42,273 nucleotides of DNA from Cyclobacteriaceae bacterium. Lineage in GTDB: Bacteria > Bacteroidota > Bacteroidia > Cytophagales > Cyclobacteriaceae. A program made the translations under genes and the position numbers. Shown here one piece after another: positions 8,044-20,100 of this stretch; within the stretch, counting starts at the first letter, position 1; each line of letters opens with the position of its first letter. The notes beneath the pieces were generated by a model. It saw only the letters and a program-made list of their open reading frames with translations. It was not told where the DNA came from and did not search any database. The stretch is taken from positions 1 through 42,273 of the forward strand of contig DAIQNU010000001.1 in NCBI GenBank assembly GCA_036788235.1. The letters are read 5' to 3'.

Positions 8044-8940
8044 TTAAATTTTATCAATCAAATAAGCTATTTGAACAATCGGCAAATACAAAAATGATCC
8101 ATACATTATTTTCAATGCTGAGGTACGACTGTAATCCTTCATAAGATTAAAGGTTTGAGCCAGAAACAAAACCCCACAAATGGTTGCAACAATAGCTGAG
8201 TTCAAACCACTAATCCCAAATTTCGCTGGTAATAGCCCTAGTGGAATTAGAAACAACGTATAGATCATGATGTTGATAGCAGTATTCATATCCTTTTTGC
8301 CATCACCTGGTAGGAGTTTGAAACCCGCCCTTTTGTAATCTTCGTCTGCCACCCAGGCAATCGCCCAAAAATGAGGAAATTGCCATATAAATTGAATTCC
8401 AAATATAATGAGTGCTTCTAAGCTGATGGCGCCGGTTGCGGCAGTCCACCCTAACAATGGTGGCAATGCTCCAGGAATCGCACCAACAAATACTGCGATA
8501 GGCCCTACTCTTTTCAATGGGGTATATACAAGGCTATATAAAATAGCGGAAACTAAAGCCAGTATTACCGTGAGTACATTGGTAAATATTAAAAGTAAAA
8601 TTAATCCGGAAACGCCACTTACAAAAGCAAAAACATAGGCTTCATATGCAGTTATTCTCCCGGTAGGCAAAGGCCGGTTTTGTGTACGCTTCATGACTTT
8701 GTCATAAGCAGTCTCAAAAATCTGGTTGAATGTAATGGCCGCTCCGGAAACTAGCATGCCACCAACGCACAAAAACAAAAAAACCTGCCAGTTAAAGGTT
8801 TCTCTGGCACCCAGTATATAACCAAATGCAGAAGAAAAAGCAACCAGAGAAGTTAGACGGAGCTTTACGAGTTCGCCGTAGAGCTTTAACCTCTCGACAA
8901 TTCTGGATGTAAAACTTATATTTGCGCTAGTATAAATCAT
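8044..8940 (-). CDS. cyoE: Protoheme IX farnesyltransferase (heme O synthase)
   Basis: 298-aa UbiA-family polytopic ORF (NQIFETAYDKVMKRTQNRPLPTGR motif) in a cox cluster. Confidence 0.95.
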   Translation of the reverse strand: MIYTSANISFTSRIVERLKLYGELVKLRLTSLVAFSSAFGYILGARETFNWQVFLFLCVGGMLVSGAAITFNQIFETAYDKVMKRTQNRPLPTGRITAYEAYVFAFVSGVSGLILLLIFTNVLTVILALVSAILYSLVYTPLKRVGPIAVFVGAIPGALPPLLGWTAATGAISLEALIIFGIQFIWQFPHFWAIAWVADEDYKRAGFKLLPGDGKKDMNTAINIMIYTLFLIPLGLLPAKFGISGLNSAIVATICGVLFLAQTFNLMKDYSRTSALKIMYGSFLYLPIVQIAYLIDKI

Positions 8941-8947
8941 TATTTGT

Positions 8948-9985
8948 TTAAGTCATTTGTACAGTATTTGCTCTCTGAATAATGAGCAGACCATAATACA
9001 CCAAACCTACAAGCAATGTCCCAAACAATAAATGTAAAGGCTGCAAGAAAGCAGGTATCCCAAAATAAGCCATAATAATTCCTGATACTATTTCTAGGGA
9101 TATCACGATTCCTATCACAATTGCTACATTCCTAAGTGGATGACGATAAACCGTGGCATCATAAATTTTCTTTATTAACAAAGCATGCACTATCAAAAGA
9201 AGTATTGAAAAAGAACGGTGTATCATAAACGAGATACCTAATTGATTTACCCAGCTCATTCTTTCTAATCCATTCATTTGTGCTGCTATATTATCGACAG
9301 ATTCCCGAACCTGGGTTCCGAGTATAACCTGAACCAATAATAAAACAATACAAAAAATACTTATCATTTTTAATGAACTTTTGTCTTTCAATACTATGCC
9401 TTTCAAGCCTCCTATTTTACTTCGGTAATGTACGTAAATCAAAAGAAGTACAATTACCAATGCCAAAACCATATGCACTGTAATAAGCCACGGCAATAAA
9501 TTAGTAGATACTACTACTGATCCTAACCATGCCTGTATAAGTAACAAAACCAATGCTATCCATGATAATATGGTTAACACCGGATCTGACTTTCTATATT
9601 GCAACGAAACAATCGCTGTTATCAAAATCAAAAGACCTATAATTGCCCCTATAAGTCGATTTATGTATTCAGTCCACGTTTTGAAAACATTGAAATCAGC
9701 CTCTTCAAGAATCGATTCATCATTCAATATTTTATCAGCTGTTGCTTCCATACCTATAGTTTGAAGCAGACCGGCGAACCGAATATTTTTACGCTCTCGC
9801 TTAGATGCGTAAACCTCTTTATAGTTCTCCGGCAATTGATCAACATTAGTTGGTGGAATATAGCTACCAAAGCATTTTGGCCAATCCGGACAACCCATGC
9901 CTGACCCTGTGCTTCTGACAATCCCACCTACCAATATGAGAAAGTATATGGCAAAAACAGTAATCAGACTTATTCTTGCGAACAT
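8948..9985 (-). CDS. ctaA: Heme A synthase (COX15/CtaA family)
   Basis: 345-aa 8-TM ORF with the N-terminal GSGMGCPDWPKCFG motif and conserved His-containing helices (TVHMVLA, MIHRSFS). Adjacent to cyoE. Confidence 0.9.
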   Translation of the reverse strand: MFARISLITVFAIYFLILVGGIVRSTGSGMGCPDWPKCFGSYIPPTNVDQLPENYKEVYASKRERKNIRFAGLLQTIGMEATADKILNDESILEEADFNVFKTWTEYINRLIGAIIGLLILITAIVSLQYRKSDPVLTILSWIALVLLLIQAWLGSVVVSTNLLPWLITVHMVLALVIVLLLIYVHYRSKIGGLKGIVLKDKSSLKMISIFCIVLLLVQVILGTQVRESVDNIAAQMNGLERMSWVNQLGISFMIHRSFSILLLIVHALLIKKIYDATVYRHPLRNVAIVIGIVISLEIVSGIIMAYFGIPAFLQPLHLLFGTLLVGLVYYGLLIIQRANTVQMT

Positions 9986-9995
9986 TTGCTAATTG

Positions 9996-11855
9996 TCAAT
10001 GGAAATTATCATCAACCGGAATTTTATCAATTTCCTTCTCTTCAGGTATTAGCTCTGTTTCATGTGGCAAATTCGATTCTGGTGTTGCAGAAAAAGGAAT
10101 ATGCTGTGGTATGTAATCTTCAATAGCACCTGGTTTACTATAATCATAAGGCCAGCGATACACTGTTGGAATTGGACCAGGCCAGTTACCATGCCCAGGT
10201 TCAATTGGAGTAGTCCATTCCAATGTATTCGAGTTCCATGGATTAAGGGTAGCTTTACGACCACGGAACATACTATAGAAGAAATTAAACATAAATATTA
10301 GCTGAGCTCCAAAAGTGATTATAGCAGCTATACTTACAAAAGCATTTAAGTCACTGAAGATATTGAATGCATCGAAATTTGTAAATGAATAGTATCTTCT
10401 AGGGAAACCTGCAATACCGATATAATGCATTGGAAAGAATACGAGATAGACACCCACAAATGTTAACCAAAAGTGAATGTAACCTAACTTGGCATCCATC
10501 ATTCTACCAAACATTTTTGGGAACCAATGATACACCCCTGCCATCATCCCAAAGAAAGATGCACTTCCCATTACAAGGTGAAAGTGTGCCACCACAAAGT
10601 AGGTATCATGCAATTGTATATCTATGGCAGAATTTCCAAGAAAAATACCAGTAAGGCCTCCGGAAATAAAGAATGAAACCAACCCTATTGAGAATAACAT
10701 CCCGGGCGTAAATATTATATTGCCTTTCCAAAGAGTCGTTAGATAATTGAATACTTTCACCGCAGACGGTACTGCAATAACCAATGTAAGCAACATAAAT
10801 ACCGACCCCAGGAATGGATTTAATCCACTGACAAACATATGATGTGCCCAAACTACAAATGATAGTATGGTAATGGCTAACATGGAGATAATCATGGCTT
10901 TATAACCAAATATTGGTTTTCGGGAATTAGTAGCTATAATCTCAGAGGTTATTCCCAAAGCCGGTAAAAGTACTATGTATACTTCAGGGTGTCCAAGAAA
11001 CCAAAATAGATGTTGGTAAAGTATCGGACTTCCACCCATATTTGGAAGCGCTTCGCCCGCAATAAAAATTTCTGATAAATAGAAACTAGTACCAAAACTA
11101 CGGTCAAAAACCAGAAGCAAAGCCGCAGCAAATAATACCGGAAAAGCGAGTAGACCAATTATTGCAGTAAAGAAAAAGGCCCAAATGGTGAGTGGCATTT
11201 TTGAAAATGTCATCCCTTTGGTACGCATATTAATGATAGTAGTGATGTAGTTGATACCACCTAATAAGGTAGAAACAATAAAGAATACCATAGCAACCAA
11301 CCACATAGTCATACCGAGACCTGAGCCCGACATAGCTTGTGGCAGTGCACTTAATGGTGGATACACAACCCAGCCACCTGATGCTGGCCCTGTTTCTATA
11401 AACAATGAAATGAACATTACTACACTAGAAAGGAAAAAGAACCAATACGATAGCATGTTCATAAATCCTGAGGCCATGTCTCTTGCGCCAATTTGCAATG
11501 GAATTAGGAAATTGCTAAAGGTTCCGCTTAGTCCGGCAGTTAGCACAAAGAATACCATAATGGTACCATGCATCGTAACTAATGCAAGATAAAATTCAGC
11601 ATCTAGTTTTCCGTTCTGGGTAATCCATTTCCCCAATAAAGGCCTCAACCATTCTAGATCCATATCAGGAAAACCTAACTGAAGTCTAAAAATAATGGAA
11701 AGAAAACCACCGATCAACGCCCAGAAAATACCTGATATCAAGTATTGTTTAGCTATAGTTTTGTGATCTGTAGAGAAAATATATTTTGTAAAGAAATTAC
11801 CTGAATGCTCATGATCATGGTCGTGAGTTTCTTGTATTGCTGCAGTACTTGCCAT
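9996..11855 (-). CDS. ctaD: Cytochrome c oxidase subunit I
   Basis: 619-aa ORF with the canonical heme-copper oxidase subunit I signature (WFLGHPEVYIVLLPALG, VWAHHMF, HDTYFVVAHFH). Confidence 0.97.
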   Translation of the reverse strand: MASTAAIQETHDHDHEHSGNFFTKYIFSTDHKTIAKQYLISGIFWALIGGFLSIIFRLQLGFPDMDLEWLRPLLGKWITQNGKLDAEFYLALVTMHGTIMVFFVLTAGLSGTFSNFLIPLQIGARDMASGFMNMLSYWFFFLSSVVMFISLFIETGPASGGWVVYPPLSALPQAMSGSGLGMTMWLVAMVFFIVSTLLGGINYITTIINMRTKGMTFSKMPLTIWAFFFTAIIGLLAFPVLFAAALLLVFDRSFGTSFYLSEIFIAGEALPNMGGSPILYQHLFWFLGHPEVYIVLLPALGITSEIIATNSRKPIFGYKAMIISMLAITILSFVVWAHHMFVSGLNPFLGSVFMLLTLVIAVPSAVKVFNYLTTLWKGNIIFTPGMLFSIGLVSFFISGGLTGIFLGNSAIDIQLHDTYFVVAHFHLVMGSASFFGMMAGVYHWFPKMFGRMMDAKLGYIHFWLTFVGVYLVFFPMHYIGIAGFPRRYYSFTNFDAFNIFSDLNAFVSIAAIITFGAQLIFMFNFFYSMFRGRKATLNPWNSNTLEWTTPIEPGHGNWPGPIPTVYRWPYDYSKPGAIEDYIPQHIPFSATPESNLPHETELIPEEKEIDKIPVDDNFH

Positions 11856-11890
11856 TGTATTTCTTTAATATTAGTATTTCAGTTCAACAA

Positions 11891-12934
11891 TTAATCTTGT
11901 ATTTCTTTAACCTGACCTTTCACCAAAGCCAGTTCTTTGAGATCATCAGGTACCTTACTTAAGTATTCTGGATTTTTTGCTAGCCAAGGTTCTTGCTCTG
12001 CAAACCATCTGTCATACTCTTCGGGTTCTAATACCTCCACCAACATGCGCATTGAGAAGTGACCTCTGCCACAAATCTCAGTACATGCTATTTCATAGTT
12101 AAAATCATCATTTCCCAATTCAGCCCTCATTTCAGCAGTTGTTTTTGTCGGTACAAACCAGAACCTCGTCGGCATACCTGGTACTGCATCCATTTTGAGT
12201 CGAAAGTGAGGTGCAAATACGCTGTGCAATACATCACGAGCACGTATTTTTAACTCTACCGGGCGACCTTTAGGCAATACCATTTGTCGAGGTGAAAAAT
12301 CATCAAATGCAGATTTATCACGAAAATCAGTACCGAAAGCATTTTCAGCGTCGATCAAGCGATAATCATAATCGCCCAACTGCTTGTCTTTGCCTGGATA
12401 GCGTACCTTCCAGGCAAATTGATAACCCATAATCTCGACGATCTCTGCATTTTCTGGAGCAGGTTTGGTAATATCATTCCATACTTTCAGACCATACAAC
12501 ACCAAAAAGGTGAGAACAACAGCAGGAACCAAAGTCCATATTATTTCTAACTTATTATTGTCAGCATAAAACAGCGCTTTTGCTTTTGGTTTGTGCTGAT
12601 ATTTGTAAGAAAAGTAAAACAGAAGTACTTGAGTAATAATAAAAACTATGCCTGTTATAAGCATAGTTACCCAAAATAATCTGTCAGTAATAAGTCCGTG
12701 TTCTGAAGCAACCGGAGGGTTATAATCATCGAAGGCAGCAATAGAATACCAAGTGGTAAAGCCTAAGCCAAGGATTAGAAAGGCCATCATCAATATGGCA
12801 TTAACCTTATTGCTACCTGTTACTTGTTTCTTATCCGAACCTTTGATTACCGATACCAAAGTATGTAAACGGTAGATCAATAATACAATGGCAAGAATAA
12901 GTACTACGCCCAAAAGCAATGAAATCTGAATCAT
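11891..12934 (-). CDS. coxB: Cytochrome c oxidase subunit II (CuA domain, no fused cytochrome c domain)
   Basis: 347-aa ORF. LEIIWTLVP helix, cupredoxin domain with CuA ligands DVLHSF...CTEICGRGHFSM. No CxxCH anywhere in the protein. Confidence 0.95.
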   Translation of the reverse strand: MIQISLLLGVVLILAIVLLIYRLHTLVSVIKGSDKKQVTGSNKVNAILMMAFLILGLGFTTWYSIAAFDDYNPPVASEHGLITDRLFWVTMLITGIVFIITQVLLFYFSYKYQHKPKAKALFYADNNKLEIIWTLVPAVVLTFLVLYGLKVWNDITKPAPENAEIVEIMGYQFAWKVRYPGKDKQLGDYDYRLIDAENAFGTDFRDKSAFDDFSPRQMVLPKGRPVELKIRARDVLHSVFAPHFRLKMDAVPGMPTRFWFVPTKTTAEMRAELGNDDFNYEIACTEICGRGHFSMRMLVEVLEPEEYDRWFAEQEPWLAKNPEYLSKVPDDLKELALVKGQVKEIQD

Positions 12935-13226
12935 ATCTATTTTTTGCTAATTAAAACAGGTTTCTCTCAATTAGTTTTAGCTTTAACTAAGCTTTAAATT
13001 TAATTGTTTTATAAATCTTATGATTGATACAAACTTTTATACAATTTTAACTAATTGTATTTCAATCATTTAAGTCTAGTCTAATTTTACAATTATAGCG
13101 TTTATAATTTACTTATGAGATAAACGATTTTAATTGTAAAAATTATAACTTAAAACTACTCAATTATCTATTGCCAACTAAATCGACTGTTTGACTAAAT
13201 GGTTAGCAATTTCTCTATTTATTTTT

Positions 13227-14477
13227 CTAAATGTGGTGGTGCAAGCTTTCATCCAGCATTGGATGGTTTCTCGCTACCAATGGAGCTTTGGCCAGAGAGC
13301 GGATCAGCACTAAAACAAAAGCTGAACCAAAGATCATAGCTGTTCCAATTTCCATAAAACCAATACCGCCATTTTCACCAACTGTTCCAGGCATGATCAT
13401 CATAAAGAAATCAAGCCAATGCCCAAAAATGAGCACCACGCATACAATCTTCAAAAAGATGGTATGGCGCTTGGCATCTCTTGTCATTAAGAATAGGAAT
13501 GGGAAGATGAAATTAATGAACAAATTGGCATAGAACCATGGGCTGTATACACCACTTTTCAGTCTTTCGACAAAGTAAACAGTTTCTTCGGGTATGTTGG
13601 CATAGTATATTAGCATAAACTGTGAAAACCATATGTATGCCCAAAATACACTAAACGCAAAAACAAATTTGCCTAAGTCGTGCAAATGGCTCGAATTGAG
13701 TTGCTGAAGATATCCTTGCTCATGCAGTAATATTACGGTAAGCGTAATGGCCGCCAAACCTGCTACAAACCAACTTGAAAACATATACCAGCCAAACATG
13801 GTGCTAAACCAATGTGTGTCAATAGACAGAACCCAGTCCCAAGCAGAAGTTGATGAGGTTACAGCAAATATTATTATAAAAACAGTAGACGCTACACGCA
13901 TTTTAAACCAATGTGCATCTCCCCCTATTTTATCTTCAGCCAACGAATGCTTTCGTATAACAAAAAACATATAAGACCATAAAACAAAGTAAGCGATCAT
14001 TCTAGCCAGAAAAAATCCTGTGTTAAGATAGCCTTGTTTACCTGCAATGATAAAGTCGTAGTGATCGCCATCAACATCATATAAAGAGCTGTCGAGCCAA
14101 TGGAAAATATGAAAATGATCCGGTGCAGTGAAGTTAGTTATGAAGAATAATACCAAAGTGAGCACACCAGCTATTGGTAACCAATAACCAAAAGCTTCCG
14201 GAATTCGCTTGATATAAGCAGACCAACCAGCCATGGCAGCATATTGTATGGCCAAAAAGAAAACGCCAATAAGTGCAATTCCGGTTACATATACATTGTT
14301 GAGCCAGAGGTTGGCGTACAATCTGTGTATCCAATGAAACGAATGACCTGAGCCATCATCAGCAGCGTGATCGCCGGTTGTAAAAATACCAATTATGGTA
14401 AGAACGATGCCAACTGCCATGATTATGAAAAGGCGCTTATTGGCTTGCGGACTATAAGTATATTTATCTTCTGACAT
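13227..14477 (-). CDS. actF: Alternative complex III subunit ActF (NrfD-like membrane subunit)
   Basis: 416-aa polytopic ORF, last gene of the act cluster, resembling quinol:cytochrome c oxidoreductase membrane subunits. Confidence 0.8.
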   Translation of the reverse strand: MSEDKYTYSPQANKRLFIIMAVGIVLTIIGIFTTGDHAADDGSGHSFHWIHRLYANLWLNNVYVTGIALIGVFFLAIQYAAMAGWSAYIKRIPEAFGYWLPIAGVLTLVLFFITNFTAPDHFHIFHWLDSSLYDVDGDHYDFIIAGKQGYLNTGFFLARMIAYFVLWSYMFFVIRKHSLAEDKIGGDAHWFKMRVASTVFIIIFAVTSSTSAWDWVLSIDTHWFSTMFGWYMFSSWFVAGLAAITLTVILLHEQGYLQQLNSSHLHDLGKFVFAFSVFWAYIWFSQFMLIYYANIPEETVYFVERLKSGVYSPWFYANLFINFIFPFLFLMTRDAKRHTIFLKIVCVVLIFGHWLDFFMMIMPGTVGENGGIGFMEIGTAMIFGSAFVLVLIRSLAKAPLVARNHPMLDESLHHHI

Positions 14478-14558
14478 GTCAAATTACATTATCAATACTA
14501 TATCATTTCTTTATTTGAAGGCACATTAATTATGAACGCCTGAAAAACAACCTAAGAC

Positions 14559-15197
14559 CTAATCTAAGGCTTGTAATTCCTGTACATAATGTACAATTTT
14601 CCAACGATCTTCAATACTGATTTGTGATCCATGAGGCCACATACGGCCTTTTCCATGCGTAATAACATGGAAAATATGACCTTCGGGTACATCCTTTACT
14701 CTTCCAACATTATAAGCTGGAACTCCCATAATCACTGTACCGACCTTGCCATCTCCTTTTCCTTGATCGCCATGGCACGATTTACAAAAAACAGTATATA
14801 ATTCTTTGCCATCAGCAATTACTTCATCCGCTTTTTCAATTGGATTTTTCAATACCAAACCAGCGTAGTCAAGGCTATCTTTATGTATGCGATAAGGCAG
14901 ATAACCATTCCCCGTACGTTTTACAGTTCCTGGTACAGGCTCACGCATATTCATACGATGCTTGTTGTTTGGGTTTGAATTAAAAAATTCTCCTTTACCA
15001 TCCTCCCTATTGCTTAACCACTGACCTTCATCTTCATCGGTAATTTGGGTTAACCCTTCGTAAGGAACAGAATGATACATATTAGGCGCATACTCGAGGC
15101 CTGGAAAATCGTCTTTAGCACGACAGGAAAAAAGAACTCCTGCCAGCAAACACATTTTAACTATAATTGAACTCCGTACCAACATTGGTCTTTGCAT
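14559..15197 (-). CDS. actE: Alternative complex III subunit ActE (monoheme cytochrome c, probable lipoprotein)
   Basis: 212-aa ORF. Single CKSCH heme motif, lipobox-like LFSC after a signal sequence. Start overlaps the actD stop (TAATG). Confidence 0.85.
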   Translation of the reverse strand: MQRPMLVRSSIIVKMCLLAGVLFSCRAKDDFPGLEYAPNMYHSVPYEGLTQITDEDEGQWLSNREDGKGEFFNSNPNNKHRMNMREPVPGTVKRTGNGYLPYRIHKDSLDYAGLVLKNPIEKADEVIADGKELYTVFCKSCHGDQGKGDGKVGTVIMGVPAYNVGRVKDVPEGHIFHVITHGKGRMWPHGSQISIEDRWKIVHYVQELQALD

Positions 15198-15727
15198 TAA
15201 TCTTCAAATGATTTCTTATTTATTTCATCTGCTCCATTATCCTGAAGCAATTGGCTTATTTCTTCGACATTTATTGAGTTAACAGCAAGGTCGATAGCAA
15301 CCACGTGCTTATCATCTGTTATTCTCAAATCAAATATTTTAGGTTGTGAATAAGGTTTTAAATCACTAATGACAAAAAACACACCCACCATTCCTAAAGC
15401 ACTCAAAAGAACTGTTAACTCAAAAGTTACAGGAATCAAAGTAGGCAAAGAAGCATAGTTTTTACCACCAATATTCATTGGCCAATCTATGCCCATCATC
15501 CAGAATTGCATAAGCAATGCAAGGGAGGTGCCCAACAGGCCAAAGAAGAAAGCTGCTATAGGCAATTTTGATCGTTTGTATCCTAGAACATCGTCAATAC
15601 CATGTACTGGAAATGGCGAATATACTTCTTCAATTTTTACGCCAGCGGTTCTGATGACGGGTATAGCTTTTAAAAGCTTTTGCTCATCACTATATACACC
15701 TAGCAGATAATTTTTTCCGGCTTCCAT
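15197..15727 (-). CDS. actD: Alternative complex III subunit ActD (DUF3341 family)
   Basis: 176-aa ORF with two central TM helices, positioned between actC and actE as in known ACIII operons. Confidence 0.85.
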   Translation of the reverse strand: MEAGKNYLLGVYSDEQKLLKAIPVIRTAGVKIEEVYSPFPVHGIDDVLGYKRSKLPIAAFFFGLLGTSLALLMQFWMMGIDWPMNIGGKNYASLPTLIPVTFELTVLLSALGMVGVFFVISDLKPYSQPKIFDLRITDDKHVVAIDLAVNSINVEEISQLLQDNGADEINKKSFED

Positions 15728-15728
15728 A

Positions 15729-17102
15729 TTATTTCAAAGCTTTGTTTGTTGAAGACTCACTCCTGATGATACTTTTCATTTCTGCCATGTTTACTACGGG
15801 AAAGAACTTAGCAAATAAGAAGAAACAGGTAAAGAAGAATCCAAAAGTGAATAAATAAATACCTACATCGTAAATTGATGGATAGAACATCGCCCAACTA
15901 GAGGGAAGAAAATCTCTGTGTAATGACGTTACAATTATCACAAATCGCTCGAACCACATACCAATGTTTACTACTATCGAAAGTACAAAAGTAGCTATCA
16001 AATTGGTTCTAATTTTCTTAATCCAAAACAACTGAGGTGATATCACATTACATGTCATCATGATCCAATATGCCCATGCATAAGGGCCGAGTGCCCGGTT
16101 GTAAAAGGCGTATTGCTCAGCAGGAACACCAGAATACCACGCCATAAATAACTCAGTCAAATAGGCCACACCCACAATAGATCCCGTTACGATTATGATT
16201 ATATTCATCATTTCTATATGCTGAATTGTGATATAATCTTCGAGTTTGTAAACTTTGCGTGTAATGAGCATTAAGGTAAGTACCATTGCGAAACCTGAGA
16301 ATATGGCTCCAGCAACAAAATATGGAGGAAATATAGTAGTATGCCAGCCAGGTATAACCGAAGTGGCAAAGTCAAAAGATACAATAGTATGAACTGAAAG
16401 TACAAGGGGCGTGGCTAGGCCTGCTAAAATAAGTGATACTGTTTCATACCTCGACCAGGCTTTTGCACCACCAGTCCAACCAAAACTCAGCGATCCATAT
16501 ATTAGCTTGCTGATTTTATTGGTTGCTCTATCTCTTATCGTTGCAAAATCCGGAATCAAGCCGATGTACCAAAATACAAGCGAAACAGTGAAGTAAGTTG
16601 ATATGGCAAATACATCCCAAAGCAATGGTGAATTAAAATTTACCCAAAGAGATCCAAATGTATTTGGCAGCGGTAAAGCCCAATAAAAACCCAACCAAAG
16701 TCTTCCCATGTGAATTCCTGGAAAGAGTGCAGCACAAATAACCGCAAAAATAGTCATTGCTTCTGCTGACCGGTTGATGGACATGCGCCATTTTTGTCTA
16801 AAGAGTAATAATATGGCCGATATCAATGTCCCGGCGTGACCAATACCCACCCACCAAACAAAGTTGGTAATGTCCCAGGCCCATCCTACGGTTTTATTCA
16901 AACCCCAGGCACCTATTCCTTCCCATAAAGTAATGGCTATGGCATAGGTGCCCAATAATAAAACAGTAAGTGAAACGGCCATTGCCAATAACCAGGTCTT
17001 CGGTGGTTTTGCCTCTATCCTGATGCAAATGTCTTCCGTAACATCGGATACAGTTTTACCTCCTGTAACGAGTGGTGTTCTAACTGATGAAATTACTTCC
17101 AT
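15729..17102 (-). CDS. actC: Alternative complex III subunit ActC (NrfD/PsrC-like quinol-interacting membrane subunit)
   Basis: 457-aa polytopic NrfD-family ORF. One-nt gap to the actD start. Confidence 0.9.
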   Translation of the reverse strand: MEVISSVRTPLVTGGKTVSDVTEDICIRIEAKPPKTWLLAMAVSLTVLLLGTYAIAITLWEGIGAWGLNKTVGWAWDITNFVWWVGIGHAGTLISAILLLFRQKWRMSINRSAEAMTIFAVICAALFPGIHMGRLWLGFYWALPLPNTFGSLWVNFNSPLLWDVFAISTYFTVSLVFWYIGLIPDFATIRDRATNKISKLIYGSLSFGWTGGAKAWSRYETVSLILAGLATPLVLSVHTIVSFDFATSVIPGWHTTIFPPYFVAGAIFSGFAMVLTLMLITRKVYKLEDYITIQHIEMMNIIIIVTGSIVGVAYLTELFMAWYSGVPAEQYAFYNRALGPYAWAYWIMMTCNVISPQLFWIKKIRTNLIATFVLSIVVNIGMWFERFVIIVTSLHRDFLPSSWAMFYPSIYDVGIYLFTFGFFFTCFFLFAKFFPVVNMAEMKSIIRSESSTNKALK

Positions 17103-17116
17103 GAATCCGTGTAGAT

Positions 17117-20100
17117 TTATGCGTTTTGTTCTTCTTTATTTCTAATCTTGGTAAAATACCAAATGTTTGGTCTTACGTTGATCTCTTCGAGAACATGGTA
17201 AGCCCTTTCTTCATTTACTTCTTGGGTATCACCTTTATCTTCAAAGCGTAGTAATTTGGCTACCCTGCTATTTTCATTTTTCAAATCGCCAAATACTATG
17301 GCTTCTGATGGACAAGAGCTTGCACAGGCTGTAGTGATATCGCTATCATCAGGACGGCGCCCTTCTTTCTTTGCCTCAAGTTTACCCAATTGAATACGTT
17401 GTACACAGAAAGTACATTTCTCCATAACCCCTCTGGAACGTACCGTTACATCGGGATTAAGCACCATTTTACCCAAATCATTATTCATTGAGCTATTGGT
17501 GTCGAATTTATTATTATCGTGGTATTTAAACCAATTGAATCGACGTACTTTATAAGGACAGTTATTGGCACAATATCTTGTACCAATACATCTGTTATAA
17601 GTCATTTGATTTAAACCTTCAGAGCTATGGGTAGTGGCAGCAACGGGACATACTGTCTCGCAAGGTGCATTATTGCATTGCTGACAAAGCATAGGCTGAA
17701 ATACCACCTCAGGATTATCTGAGGCAATTTCAAGTTCTTTATTATTAGATGCGGTTTCAACAGAGCTGTAGTATCGATCTATTCGTAACCAATGCATTTC
17801 GCGACGATTAAGGACTTCTTCGCGACCCACAACTGGAATGTTGTTTTCTGCCTGACATGATACCACACAAGCACCACAACCTGTACAAGAGTTTAGGTCT
17901 ACGGCCATGGCCCAATGGTGATTGGCATATTCATGACCCTTCCACAATGATATGGCGCTTGGTTTTAGCGAACTGCCTGTACCACCGAGTTTTTTTGTAA
18001 GTGCGGCAGATGCAGCAATATGCGGGACATGACGACCTGCCATTGGATCTTTTTGATACTCAGATAAAACTGACTCCTGAATCACATAGCTGCGATTCAT
18101 AAAAGTATGATGTGTTTGTGTTTGTGCAATTTTATATGACTGCTTGGTAGCACTTATACTCACACCTTCTACTACGAAATTCAATAGGTAACCTCCTGAA
18201 TTTCTCAGGAACGGAAAGGCATTAACACCAACACCATTTCCAACATTTCCTGCCATAGTTCTACCATAACCCAATGCCAAACCTATTGTACCATCTGCCT
18301 GTCCGGGCTGTACAAGTGCAGGCAATGCTATGGTATTTCCTCCTATTGTAAGCTCTATTTTATAAGTATTACTTTCAACCATTCTTAGGCCTTGCTCATT
18401 GGCCCATTTCTGACTTACCGTTACATAATTGTCCCAGCAAGCTTTTGATATCGGATCGGGTAATTCCTGAAGCCAGGGATTATTTGCCTGGCTCCCATCA
18501 CCAAGTCCTATTTTTTGATAAATTACGAGCTCTGTTCCAGTATTATCAAGTTTATATCTACTGCTAATCGCTGAGGCAATATTTCCAGTTTCAAGCGCTA
18601 AGGAAGCTGCTTCTGAAGAAGCTACAGTTTCTTCATAAACGCCATCGTGTAAACATTTATCCCAGAAAAGCTCAAAATCTGTGACTTCACTTTGGTTGGT
18701 AAAAAGATCATTTTTCCAACGTGTATTTAAAAACTCATAATATTCTATATCGGCACTTGACCAACGTAAAAATGAATCTTGAGCTTGGCGCGTATTAAAT
18801 AAAGGAGAAATAACCGGCTGTGTCAGGCTGTAATGTCCTTCCACTGGCATACTGTCATTCCATGATTCAAGGTAGTGATGATCTGGTGCAATGATTGTAC
18901 AAAAGCTGGCAGTTTCATCTTTTACGTCTGAAGTGGATACAGAAAGTTTAGCTTTTTTGATAGCTTCACTTAAAGTAGCGCCCATAGGATGATCGTAAAC
19001 AGGATTACTGTTATAGAAAATTACAGCATCAACGCTACCACTACTCAAATCATCGATTAAGGCAAGCATTTGTTCATCATTTCCCTGACGGAAATAGCTC
19101 AGCTTATTTAAGTCAATGGTTTGGCCATAATTTCCAAGCAATGAATTTATACCGTTGATTAGCATTTGGACATGAACATCATTGCTTCCTGAAACTACAA
19201 TGCCGCTGCCACTGCTTTTCAATAAATCTTCAGCAGCCATGCTTAATTTAGCAGCTATAGCTTCATCATTTATTTTAGGTGTTTGAACTTGGCTTCCACC
19301 ACGCTTCGAAGCAATGAGATTATATAAATGGGCTACGGCCAGACCTTCCGCAGATGGGCGAAGTGGTGTACGGTAATCTGCATTGGCGCCGGTAAGCGAT
19401 AGTGTGGCTTCAAATTGGTAGAGTCTTGACATTTCTTTTTTGCCAGGACCAAGCTTACGTGTTTTTCCAAAATCGGCACTGTGTTGAATCGGATTGATCC
19501 ATGTACCTAGAAAATCACAAGCAAAACTTACAATGGTTTTGGCCTTGTCAAAATGATAGGTTGGAAGTCCCTCGACACCAAAATTTTGCTTATGTGCCGA
19601 AACTGCAGCATATGATGATATCGGATCGTACATCACAACTTCAGTACCAGGGAATTTTAAAGCAAAATTAGCCATTACACCCCGTGTAGTAGGGCTTAAA
19701 ATTGATTTTGATACAATACGAATTTTTCCTCCTGAAGCTGATATACTAGATAATTGTTCTATAATCTGCTGGTCAATAATATTCCATTCTGTGTCTTTCC
19801 CATCCTTCTGAGGGCCTCTCAATCGAGCTGTATCATATAAGCTGAGAACAGAAGCTTCAACCTGAGCACTTGTTGCGCCACCAGAAACTTTAGATAGTTT
19901 ATTTCCTTCTATTTTTATCGGACGGCCTTCGCGTGTTTTTACAACAATGCTACAATAATTTCCACCATTTGTATAGGTTGAAGCATAGAAATTGGGAATG
20001 CCTGGATCTACATCAACTGGCTTATGCAAATAGGGTATAGCCTTTCTTATTGGCGCTTCACATGCAGCAAGTGAAGCTGCACTGATGCTAAAGCCCATCA

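Noticed and set aside
11251-11592. 113-aa plus-strand ORF inside ctaD, and many similar 60-110-aa antisense ORFs inside the sensor kinase gene and the cox, act and acnA genes (e.g. 352-615, 7565-7783, 9599-9904, 13231-13533, 23165-23500)
   Set aside because: All lie within long motif-bearing genes on the opposite strand or in another frame. They are shadow ORFs.
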